From: an uncultured bacterium | GTDB lineage: Bacteria > Latescibacterota > UBA2968 | Length of the DNA: 34,913 bases | NCBI GenBank assembly: GCA_964471275.1 | Contig: CAYYGZ010000015.1 | Coordinates: 1-34,913 of the forward strand | Direction of reading: 5' to 3' | Shown here: positions 27,153-34,913 of the stretch, one piece after another | How the letters are laid out: the number at the start of each line of letters is the position of its first letter | How positions within the stretch are numbered: position 1 is the stretch's first letter | Notes under the pieces: model-generated | The model's input: the letters and a program-made list of their open reading frames with translations, nothing else | Told to the model about the DNA's origin: nothing | The model's database searches: none | Program-made: the position numbers and the translations under genes

Positions 27153-29612
27153 TCAGTTCAGATCATCATCCAGATGCGTTTCTATCTCGGTCGCCCACGT
27201 TTCAAGGCCTGCCAAACGGAAGTATCCGGCCAGATCTCTGAGGACGGTATGATGACGCCTGTCCGGCCCGTCTAGACTGAGCATCTTCTGTACTGCTTTG
27301 TAAGCTGCCTTGTTGTTCCCTAATCGAGACTGGGTGAAAGCGAGGCCTATCCATAGATCGTCGATCTGGGGGCGTATCCCGAGGGCTCCCAGAAAGGCAT
27401 CACGGGCAGACTCGTACTGCTCCTTCTCAAGATACAGGATACCCAGATCACGGAAGGGACGCAGGTAGTGTCGGCTCAGTTCAAGCGATTTTTCGTACCA
27501 GATGATCGCCTTGTCCTTCTCGTCCTTCCTGTATGAATCATACCCCAGTTTGATGAAAGCTTTCGCACCCATTTGCCTGAGATACAGGTTTTCTCTCGTC
27601 TCCGGTCTGTTGAGCTGGGTAAGTCTGATGTATTCGGCACCCCGCTCGGGGATACCTGCCATTATCAATCCTGCGAAGTCCCACTGACCCACCCTTGCGT
27701 CCACGAAGGCGCTCTGGGCGACCTCAGACGTCTCCCTCTGGTAGATTGCCTCCACGCGGCAGAGCTCTGCAAGCTTGAGTTCAGGGAATCGCACCTGCGC
27801 GGCATCGAAGGTTTGATACGATGCCGCGTAATCGCCACGGCGAAACTGGGTCACGCCCTTCAGAATCATCGAATCCGGGTTGGATGGATTCGCGACCACT
27901 GCCTTCCGCCATTCGGACCACAGCGCACTGTGAGACTCTGTCCGTCGGTATACCTCGATCGTGGGGCGGTCAAAAGCCGTGATCGTGGGGTCGGAACCCG
28001 CCAAGTCAAATGTGTGGCCCCAGAATCGGGCATCACGCGTGTATCGCGCAATACGCTCGTATCCGATGCGGCCGTCGCGGAGTCGCTTGTAGAACTGGGC
28101 ACCGACGGGATAGGTGTCTGACGCAGAGGTGTAAGGTGTTGCCCTGTTCTGGGCGATCAGGACGTAGTAGTCTACCGCACTCACTGTCTCTACCAGCAAA
28201 TCCAGGATGTTGCCAGGAAGGACGTGGTTTCGCGTTCGCATGAACAGAGAACCCGGATCGTTCTTCCGGTTGCTGAAGCCATTGAGCATCCAGCGGGTCG
28301 GGAACCCCCCCGTTTCCCCGATGACACTCGCCGATCTCGGGATGTTGTTCTGGATCCAGCGCCGAGCCTCGAACCGTATGTTTTCCTGTGTAAAGACACG
28401 TGAAACGGCATAACCGTGGGCGGCAGTGGGCAGGTAGATCAGCAGGGCAAGCGTGTAGGGAGTGGACTTTCCGGTCCGTGCCGATAGAAAACGCGAGGAT
28501 ACCAGCCAGGCGTAGGCGGCCAGGCAACAAAGCGCCGGGAGCAGGGGAGTGGTGTAGCGAATCGGTTTGGTAAACAACCCGCCCGTCACGAGGAAGTAGC
28601 CCACGGCCCACGTAAGGAGGATCGTCAGGATGCGGGTTGGTCTGGTGATGGTGAGCACGATCCCGATAAGAGCCGAGAGAGCACACGTGAACCCGAGCGC
28701 TGCAGGAAACAGGTCAGTTAGGTAGAACACGTATGGTGTGGTGGTGAAGTCGTAGAGGTTCCAGAGGCGGAGGGATTTGCCTGTCGCAACGTCGATGCTC
28801 GGGATGAAGTTTCTCTGATCTCCAGGCGTGAAGAAGCTGTCCGCATCTACCAGGAGAGCCGGTGTGCTGAGCGCAGTTACTGTGAGGGCAATCAGGCCGC
28901 ACGCAACCGATGGGAACGATACGAGTCTTCTCAGACGCTGCAGAATCTGCGTGCGTGTCTGTTGGAGTGATCGATCTTCCGGATGCCAGATCTGGGCGCA
29001 GACGTAGGGTAAGGCCAACAAGGCTGCTACGAACCGGTAGCCGCCGGCGATCCCGACGGTCAGACCGATGAGCACGTGCATCCACCATCGGTTGGTCGGC
29101 GTCTTGAGGATGAGGTAGAGCGCCAGGGCGACCCAAAATGCGAGCGATGCATCAACTGTGTAGTAGTGGCATTGCTGGATGTGGCCGGGGGAGAATGCCA
29201 ACAGACTGGCTGTGACCAGTCCCAATCGCACATCACCGGCACGGTGACCGATCAGGAAGACGAGCAGGATCGTAGCCGTTCCCAGGCAGGCGGAGATCCA
29301 CCGTCCGGTCAGAAAGCTCAGTCGCTCAGAGCGGAGGTCCTTTTTGTCAAAAGGCGTGANNNNNNNNNNGAGGATCCTGCCGGTGACGTTGGTGGCTGCA
29401 TACAGGATGTAGGTGGGGACGACACCATAGGCAGATTTTACCTGCGTGATGTCTTCACCCACCCAGACCGCGTTGTCGAGGATCGTCCCTTCGTCAGGAT
29501 GAAAACGATGGAATCGCCCGCTCTGCGGGTCCACGCTCCAGTCCAGACCGGAGAATCTGAAGAAGGCACCAATAACGAGGATCAGGAGGAGAACAGAGCG
29601 ATCCCGTCGCAT
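27153..29612 (-). CDS. GT-C fold (PMT/ArnT-like) glycosyltransferase with C-terminal TPRs; spans assembly gap
   Basis: FHPDE after TM1, GRWISACLG, HYYTVD, IRYTTPLLP; TPR-like WYEKSLEL..LGILY, ALGIRP..LWIGLA; Ns at 29360-29369. Confidence 0.8.
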   Translation of the reverse strand: MRRDRSVLLLILVIGAFFRFSGLDWSVDPQSGRFHRFHPDEGTILDNAVWVGEDITQVKSAYGVVPTYILYAATNVTGRILXXXXTPFDKKDLRSERLSFLTGRWISACLGTATILLVFLIGHRAGDVRLGLVTASLLAFSPGHIQQCHYYTVDASLAFWVALALYLILKTPTNRWWMHVLIGLTVGIAGGYRFVAALLALPYVCAQIWHPEDRSLQQTRTQILQRLRRLVSFPSVACGLIALTVTALSTPALLVDADSFFTPGDQRNFIPSIDVATGKSLRLWNLYDFTTTPYVFYLTDLFPAALGFTCALSALIGIVLTITRPTRILTILLTWAVGYFLVTGGLFTKPIRYTTPLLPALCCLAAYAWLVSSRFLSARTGKSTPYTLALLIYLPTAAHGYAVSRVFTQENIRFEARRWIQNNIPRSASVIGETGGFPTRWMLNGFSNRKNDPGSLFMRTRNHVLPGNILDLLVETVSAVDYYVLIAQNRATPYTSASDTYPVGAQFYKRLRDGRIGYERIARYTRDARFWGHTFDLAGSDPTITAFDRPTIEVYRRTESHSALWSEWRKAVVANPSNPDSMILKGVTQFRRGDYAASYQTFDAAQVRFPELKLAELCRVEAIYQRETSEVAQSAFVDARVGQWDFAGLIMAGIPERGAEYIRLTQLNRPETRENLYLRQMGAKAFIKLGYDSYRKDEKDKAIIWYEKSLELSRHYLRPFRDLGILYLEKEQYESARDAFLGALGIRPQIDDLWIGLAFTQSRLGNNKAAYKAVQKMLSLDGPDRRHHTVLRDLAGYFRLAGLETWATEIETHLDDDLN

Positions 29613-30359
29613 TTATTCCGATCCGAAATAGGCGAAGTGAATTCGCATTAACTCGAGAGGGGCGCGCAGAAAATCGAAGGGGCGCATCTTTGACCCGGCG
29701 ACATCCCGCCATTCGGACAAAGGTAGCTCAACGAGGTTTGCGTCGATCGATTTTCCCTGGATCCTCGAGAAACGCACGAGGAGTTCTACATCGAAGATCC
29801 ATCGCGTTTTGAACAGATCTGTAAACAGGCTCGCCAGATGTGGGCCGTTGCGGAACAGCTTGGCGCCACACTGTGTGTCATACATTTCGATCCCGAAGAT
29901 CATCGAGACGGTCGTGGCGAATGCCCTCCCGGTATAGTGACGGAACGGATTTCTCTCGATACGCCTGCCGACCATTTTGATTCGTGCTGCCGTGACGATG
30001 TCGGTCTGAGGGGAGGTGTTGAGGATCGTGCAGAAGGCGGGGAGTTCGTCAAGCGGTGTCGACAGATCCGCATCCCAATATCCGGCGGCGGTGTAATCCT
30101 GGGTCGCGCACCAGAGCATGCCGCGACGAACCGCTTCGGCTTTGCCCGAGTTTGTTTCTAGATGCAGCGAGTGGATGCGGTCAGAGTTGGCAGCCAGATT
30201 GTCGATCACGCGACCCGTGTTATCGCTGCTGCCGTCATTCACGAGCAGGAAGGAGACATCGTCGTGTCTCTCGACGAAGCTGCGGATCACCCGACCATCA
30301 AGACGGGTGGCCTCGTTGTAGCAGGGAACGACAAGGATGGTGGATCGCCCGAGACTCAC
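29613..30359 (-). CDS. GT2 polyprenyl-phosphate sugar synthase (Dol-P-Glc synthase/Alg5-like)
   Basis: VVPCYNE, VNDGSSD, GKAEAVRRG, WDADLSTP, DTQCGAKLF, WIFDVELL, GSK. Confidence 0.88.
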   Translation of the reverse strand: MSLGRSTILVVPCYNEATRLDGRVIRSFVERHDDVSFLLVNDGSSDNTGRVIDNLAANSDRIHSLHLETNSGKAEAVRRGMLWCATQDYTAAGYWDADLSTPLDELPAFCTILNTSPQTDIVTAARIKMVGRRIERNPFRHYTGRAFATTVSMIFGIEMYDTQCGAKLFRNGPHLASLFTDLFKTRWIFDVELLVRFSRIQGKSIDANLVELPLSEWRDVAGSKMRPFDFLRAPLELMRIHFAYFGSE

Positions 30360-30383
30360 GATTTTTCCCCAGAGGGTCGGTGT

Positions 30384-33374
30384 CTAGAAGCCTTCGAGAC
30401 GACTGAGGTCGGCAGTACCGTTCGGCAGGTTGGCGATATGCTGAAGCAAGCTCAGCCTCGCATTCTTCAGCTGTTCATCCTCAGCCATGACCAATACCTC
30501 ATCGAAGAACAGATTGATCGGAGACTCCAGCACTGCGAGTGATCTCAGAAGGTTTCCGATCACCGGGCCGTCCGCACTCATCTCTTTCTGAGCCGCTTGG
30601 AGTGCGGTAAGAAGGTCTGTGGTCGCCGGTTCTGTGTCGTCGGACGCGGTGAGTTCCAGCGATTCGAGGTCACGCACGATGCGCTTGCACCTCGAATAGG
30701 CGTTGAACATATCCTGCCAACCTTCTGCACGCACGGCTGCAGACAGTTGCTCCACTGTCGTCCGAATCTCGACAGGGTCATCTCCGCCTCCCTCGATTGC
30801 TGTGGAGACAACGTCCGCCCGGAACCCCTCATCTTTCAGTTGGATCTCAAGCCGACGCAGAATGAAATCATACGCTTCATCGATTCTGTCGGTGTCAGCC
30901 TCGATCGGGAGAAGTGAAGCCGCGCTGTCAAGCCCCTTCCGTATTGAGAATGGATGTCCCCGGTGGATCAGACAGGTCAGCAACCCGATCGCATCCCTGC
31001 GAAGACCGTATGGATCCGCCGTCGAGCGAGGCCTGATGCCTGCAGCGAATAGCCCCGCGAGACTGTCGAGACGGTCAGCGACGGAGATCGCGAACCCCGT
31101 CAACGACTCCGGAGGCGTGTCGCCGGGGTAACGGGGATGGTAATGGTCTTCGATGGCGGTAGCGACCTCAGCCGTCTCACCGGCATCGAGCGCGTAATAG
31201 CGTCCCACGATGCCCTGGAGTGAGGTCATTTCAACGACCATGCCTGTCGCGAGATCGGCCTTGCAGAGACGGGCTGCACGTTCGGCAGCATCGATTTCTT
31301 CCGATGTCAAGCCGAGATCGGGTGCGATGGCCTTCAGGAGGTTCTCGATCCGACCGGATTTGTCCAGTACGGATCCCAGATCTTCCTGGAAGGTGAGGGT
31401 GTGCAGCTTTGGCAGGAAATCGTCGAGCTTGTGTTTGATATCCGCCTTGTAGAAGAATGTGGCGTCTGCGTAGCGAGCGCGGATGACGCCTTCGTTGCCG
31501 CGGATAACCGTTTGCTCGCTGGATGGTTTCCCATTCGATACGGTAATGAAGTAGGGCATCAGGCTTTCCGTCTTCGAATCGACGACGGGGAAGTATCTCT
31601 GATGTTTCTTCATGACCGTCACCAGGATCTCGGGGGGCAGCTCGAGATGTGCCGGGTCGAATGTTCCCCGCAGCGCGTGCGGCGCCTCGACGAGATCTGT
31701 GACCTCATCCAGTAGACCCTCATCATCAGGGACGACGCCACCGGCTTCCTCGGCCAGCGCTTTCACCTGGTCGATGATCTGCTTTCTGCGCGTTTCACGA
31801 TCAGCGACGATCCCCAAACTCTCGATCGTCGAGCGATAGGTGTGTGCCGACATGATCTCCGTTTCGGGTGACTTATCTGGACGCAATCCGCGCGTCGTAC
31901 GCCCGCTCTCCGTGCGCGCATAGGCGAAAGGGACCACATCGTCACCATAAAGCGCGACGATCCAGCGGAGTGGGCGGGAATAGCCGATACCCCCCGAATC
32001 CCACCTCATGGTTTTCGGGAACGTCAGAGAACTGACAAGCTCCGGAAGGACGCTGGACAGAACCTCGATTGCTCCACTCCCCACATTCTTCTTGAAGGCA
32101 TATACGTATTCGACGCCTTTATCGTCCTCTCGCTTCTCGATGTCTCCAGGTTTCACTCCCTGACCCCGACAGAATCCTTCGAGTGCCTTGGTCGGATTGC
32201 CAGAATCATCGAAGGCTGCCCGAGCTGCAGGACCACGCACCCACTTCTCGTCATCTGGCTGCTTCCCTGCCAGACCTTTGACGCTGGCGAAGAGGCGTCG
32301 TGGCGTCCCTCCAACTTCGAGTGATTCGTACGAGAGTCGGGAGTCCTTCAATGTCCTGTTGATTCTCACTTTGAGTTGTCTGATTCCCGACGGCACATCA
32401 TCGGCAGGGAGCTCCTCGCTCCCCAGTTCGAGCACGAAATCGGCTTTATCCACCGTCGTTTCGGGTATGGCCTTAGGTTTCGCGGGATCGTCCTTGGATA
32501 TCGCAATGGCTTCAGGATCGACTCCCTGTTGTTTGAGAAAGCCTTCAGCGACCTGCCGCGCCATGTCGCGCATCTCGGAAAAGTAGCGTGCTCTTTCGGT
32601 GACGCCAATGGCCCCGCGTGTGTCGAGCAGATTGAACGTGTGAGAGCACTTGAGGATGTAGTCGTGTGCGGGTACAATCAGATCTCGGTCCAGCGCGGAC
32701 TTCGCTTCAGCTGCGTAGAGCGTATACATCTCGTGCATACGCTTGACGTTCGCGTGGTTGAATGCGTACTGGCAGTAGTCAACTTCCTGCAGCTTCAGGA
32801 TGTCACCATAAGTGACATCATCATTCCACTGGAGCTTCCAGACTTCATCAACTTCCTGCAGATACATGGCGATTCGCTCGAGTCCGTATGTGATCTCTAC
32901 GGCGACTGGATCGACCGCCATCCCACCTGCCTGCTGGAAATAAGTGAACTGGGTAATCTCCATCCCGTCCAGCCAGACTTCCCATCCGAGACCCCACGCA
33001 CCAAGCGCAGGGGACTCCCAGTTGTCCTCAACGAACCGGATGTCGTGTTCTTTGCGATCCAGACCCAAAGCCTCGAGGCTGTCCAGATAGCGTTCCTGAG
33101 GGTTACCCGGATCCGGTTTGAGGATCACCTGATACTGCGTGTGCATCTGCATTCGATTCGGGTTTTCTCCAAATCGGCCATCGTCCGGCCGGAAGCTCGG
33201 TTCAACATAGGCTACATTCCAATTCTTGGGGCCCAGCACGCGAAGCACCGTGGCCGGGTTCATCGTTCCCGCACCGACCTTCTCGCTGTAGGGCTGCCAA
33301 ACGACACAGCCCTGGTCTGCCCAGAATCGTTCAAGTCTGAGGATGAGCTCCTGGAATGTCAGCTTCTTGCTCAC
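30384..33374 (-). CDS. glyQS: Fused glycine--tRNA ligase alpha/beta subunits
   Basis: alpha: [43 protein letters not shown]; beta: [26 protein letters not shown]. Confidence 0.97.
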   Translation of the reverse strand: MSKKLTFQELILRLERFWADQGCVVWQPYSEKVGAGTMNPATVLRVLGPKNWNVAYVEPSFRPDDGRFGENPNRMQMHTQYQVILKPDPGNPQERYLDSLEALGLDRKEHDIRFVEDNWESPALGAWGLGWEVWLDGMEITQFTYFQQAGGMAVDPVAVEITYGLERIAMYLQEVDEVWKLQWNDDVTYGDILKLQEVDYCQYAFNHANVKRMHEMYTLYAAEAKSALDRDLIVPAHDYILKCSHTFNLLDTRGAIGVTERARYFSEMRDMARQVAEGFLKQQGVDPEAIAISKDDPAKPKAIPETTVDKADFVLELGSEELPADDVPSGIRQLKVRINRTLKDSRLSYESLEVGGTPRRLFASVKGLAGKQPDDEKWVRGPAARAAFDDSGNPTKALEGFCRGQGVKPGDIEKREDDKGVEYVYAFKKNVGSGAIEVLSSVLPELVSSLTFPKTMRWDSGGIGYSRPLRWIVALYGDDVVPFAYARTESGRTTRGLRPDKSPETEIMSAHTYRSTIESLGIVADRETRRKQIIDQVKALAEEAGGVVPDDEGLLDEVTDLVEAPHALRGTFDPAHLELPPEILVTVMKKHQRYFPVVDSKTESLMPYFITVSNGKPSSEQTVIRGNEGVIRARYADATFFYKADIKHKLDDFLPKLHTLTFQEDLGSVLDKSGRIENLLKAIAPDLGLTSEEIDAAERAARLCKADLATGMVVEMTSLQGIVGRYYALDAGETAEVATAIEDHYHPRYPGDTPPESLTGFAISVADRLDSLAGLFAAGIRPRSTADPYGLRRDAIGLLTCLIHRGHPFSIRKGLDSAASLLPIEADTDRIDEAYDFILRRLEIQLKDEGFRADVVSTAIEGGGDDPVEIRTTVEQLSAAVRAEGWQDMFNAYSRCKRIVRDLESLELTASDDTEPATTDLLTALQAAQKEMSADGPVIGNLLRSLAVLESPINLFFDEVLVMAEDEQLKNARLSLLQHIANLPNGTADLSRLEGF

Positions 33375-33396
33375 GGATGCTTCCTTCTGTTTCAGC

Positions 33397-34596
33397 CTAA
33401 CCGGTCAGGTCGGACAGATGAGGTAAGGGGGCCTTGTGCACGATGGCTTTGCGGCGGCCCTGAATGCGCTGAATATGCTGTTCGACATCGCGGACCGCGG
33501 CACGAGAATCGTGTATCGCGACCTCAAGCGTGACGTCGTAGGACGCCTTTCCGGCAATCCGAACGACTCTGCCCTGGCTCCGCTCGAAGGACTTCTGGTT
33601 CGGATAGTTTGTCGCCGGCTCCAATCCGGTTACATATCCGTTCTCGCGAGCGGCTGTGTTCTTCCAGACAGTGAAGGCAGGTAGTTCCTTCGTGTTGAAC
33701 CTGAGTGAGCTCCCAGCGTTGCCGGCACGATTTCTGAGGAGGACGCACGTTTCGCCGCCCGGTCGCGAAGCCAATTCGTACCAGTAGCACTGCTCGACAA
33801 AACCGTTTGTCGGTTTCTGGAAACGGTCAAAATTGTCGATTCCTTCCTGGGCTCTCGCATCCCGCGGCACGACGGTTTTGAAGGGCGCAACCACGCGTGA
33901 GCCTTCCTCCAACAGCGGCGATCCGTAGTTGCAGTGGTAGAGTAGTTCGAGTTCCGCGGGATGCCGATTCAGGTTAGTTACGCGGTCGCGGATGCTGAGT
34001 CTATTGGATCCGATCTTGGTGCTGATCGTCGTGGTCAGGCGGAGTGCGGGACCGAACATCATCGATTCGTCCACCTCCCCGATGACAGTCAGATCGCCTT
34101 GGTCAGTGACTTTGATCGAGACGTGTCCTGCCGGCGTGTTCGCAATCTTCCCGTGGAGCGGGAGGAAAACCGTTGACTCATTCCCGTTGTTGTCGATGAT
34201 GACGTCGTCACCGGGCGCCCCATTGCTGTCGAGACCGCATCTCACAATCCACTCGGTAAAGCCCTTCAGCCAGCCCAGACCGCCTCGATCGTTCAGGTCG
34301 ACAAACGCGGGGTTGACAGGGCCCTTAACGGGCGAGTCCCAGCCAAGCGTCGTATCGCGATACCAGCCTCGCCAGATCCCCATGCCGCGAGTCGGCATAA
34401 CAGCGAAGCTGAGTTTGCCGTTGTCGACTTCAATCACATCGATGCCATCCTGGAGCCCGCCCCGTAGTGTGTATTTGACGATTCTCCAGGGACTGTCGCC
34501 CGCTGCTTCTGGCAGGTTAGCCCCGTCGACCTGGAACGTGGGTAAGTGGATTCCCGTTTGGGCATCTGTCAGTGTTTGCTCGAAAATTGTGCTCAT
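33397..34596 (-). CDS. Aldose 1-epimerase family protein (DUF4432)
   Basis: [50 protein letters not shown]. Confidence 0.85.
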   Translation of the reverse strand: MSTIFEQTLTDAQTGIHLPTFQVDGANLPEAAGDSPWRIVKYTLRGGLQDGIDVIEVDNGKLSFAVMPTRGMGIWRGWYRDTTLGWDSPVKGPVNPAFVDLNDRGGLGWLKGFTEWIVRCGLDSNGAPGDDVIIDNNGNESTVFLPLHGKIANTPAGHVSIKVTDQGDLTVIGEVDESMMFGPALRLTTTISTKIGSNRLSIRDRVTNLNRHPAELELLYHCNYGSPLLEEGSRVVAPFKTVVPRDARAQEGIDNFDRFQKPTNGFVEQCYWYELASRPGGETCVLLRNRAGNAGSSLRFNTKELPAFTVWKNTAARENGYVTGLEPATNYPNQKSFERSQGRVVRIAGKASYDVTLEVAIHDSRAAVRDVEQHIQRIQGRRKAIVHKAPLPHLSDLTG

Positions 34597-34673
34597 GGTA
34601 CCACTCCGTCACGACGTGATTGTGTCATAGTGCCCTGTAAAACAGAGAGTTATGCACCTCTGAGACGCGGCAA

Positions 34674-34702
34674 AATATACCGTGACGGCGATGGGGTGTC
34701 AA
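34674..34702 (-). promoter_or_regulatory. sigma70 promoter for the epimerase-glyQS-GT transcript
   Basis: TTGACA (34702-34697), 17 bp, TATATT (34679-34674). Confidence 0.7.
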
Positions 34703-34723
34703 CGGATTGCTCCCCAAAGGGCG

Positions 34724-34752
34724 TTGACACTGGCATCATCCGCATCTATTCT
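34724..34752 (+). promoter_or_regulatory. sigma70 promoter for ppk1
   Basis: TTGACA (34724-34729), 17 bp, TATTCT (34747-34752). Confidence 0.7.
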
Positions 34753-34797
34753 AGACAGCCATTTCCGGACGCAGCATATCCACTTTGAACGAGCTCA

Positions 34798-34913
34798 ATG
34801 GGCAAAGCAAACGACAAGGATCTGAAGAATCCTGCGTACTACACGAATCGTGAACTTTCGTGGCTGGGCTTCAACGAGAGAGTGCTTCGTGAGGCCCGGA
34901 ATCCAGGAAACCC
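34798..34913 (+). CDS. ppk1: Polyphosphate kinase 1, 5' end only
   Basis: Hand translation MGKANDKDLKNPAYYTNRELSWLGFNERVLREARNPGN; NRELSWLxFNxRVL is the Ppk1 N-terminal signature. Confidence 0.9.
   Translation, partial: MGKANDKDLKNPAYYTNRELSWLGFNERVLREARNPGN

Noticed and set aside
29360..29369. Run of 10 N
   Set aside because: Scaffolding gap, not biological; true length and frame continuity unknown
34798..34913. Functional link between ppk1 and the ANKH-like gene via phosphate metabolism
   Set aside because: 26 kb apart in unrelated operons; no sequence evidence of linkage

Overview
Bacterial chromosomal window, GC-rich and probably from a metagenome assembly (10-N gap at 29360-29369). 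The + strand block (1-11059) holds a GT4, an unusual CPBP/CAAX protease fused to a large helical-barrel lyase-like domain, a PNPOx-like protein, a ceramidase-like hydrolase, a beta-propeller, an SGNH esterase, a membrane protein closely resembling animal ANKH, a deleted SDR pseudogene and a tandem double esterase. A decayed patch follows (truncated TolC-type gene, beta-barrel OMP, IS3 remnant). The - strand block holds a TrmH-family methylase, a variant cytochrome c maturation operon (ccmE[CxxxY, frameshifted]-F-H-orf-orf-A-B-C-D), a THUMP-like methyltransferase, an M16 peptidase, a decayed divK/pleD-like pair fused to an IS3 integrase, a GT2 + GT-C/TPR glycosylation pair, fused glyQS and a DUF4432 epimerase. 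The start of ppk1 lies divergently at the end. Best leads: the bacterial ANKH homologue, the CPBP fusion, the ccm variant with two CcmI-like accessory genes, and 7-nt periodic tracts abutting stop codons in the ccm operon. All family calls come from recalled motifs; no searches were run.
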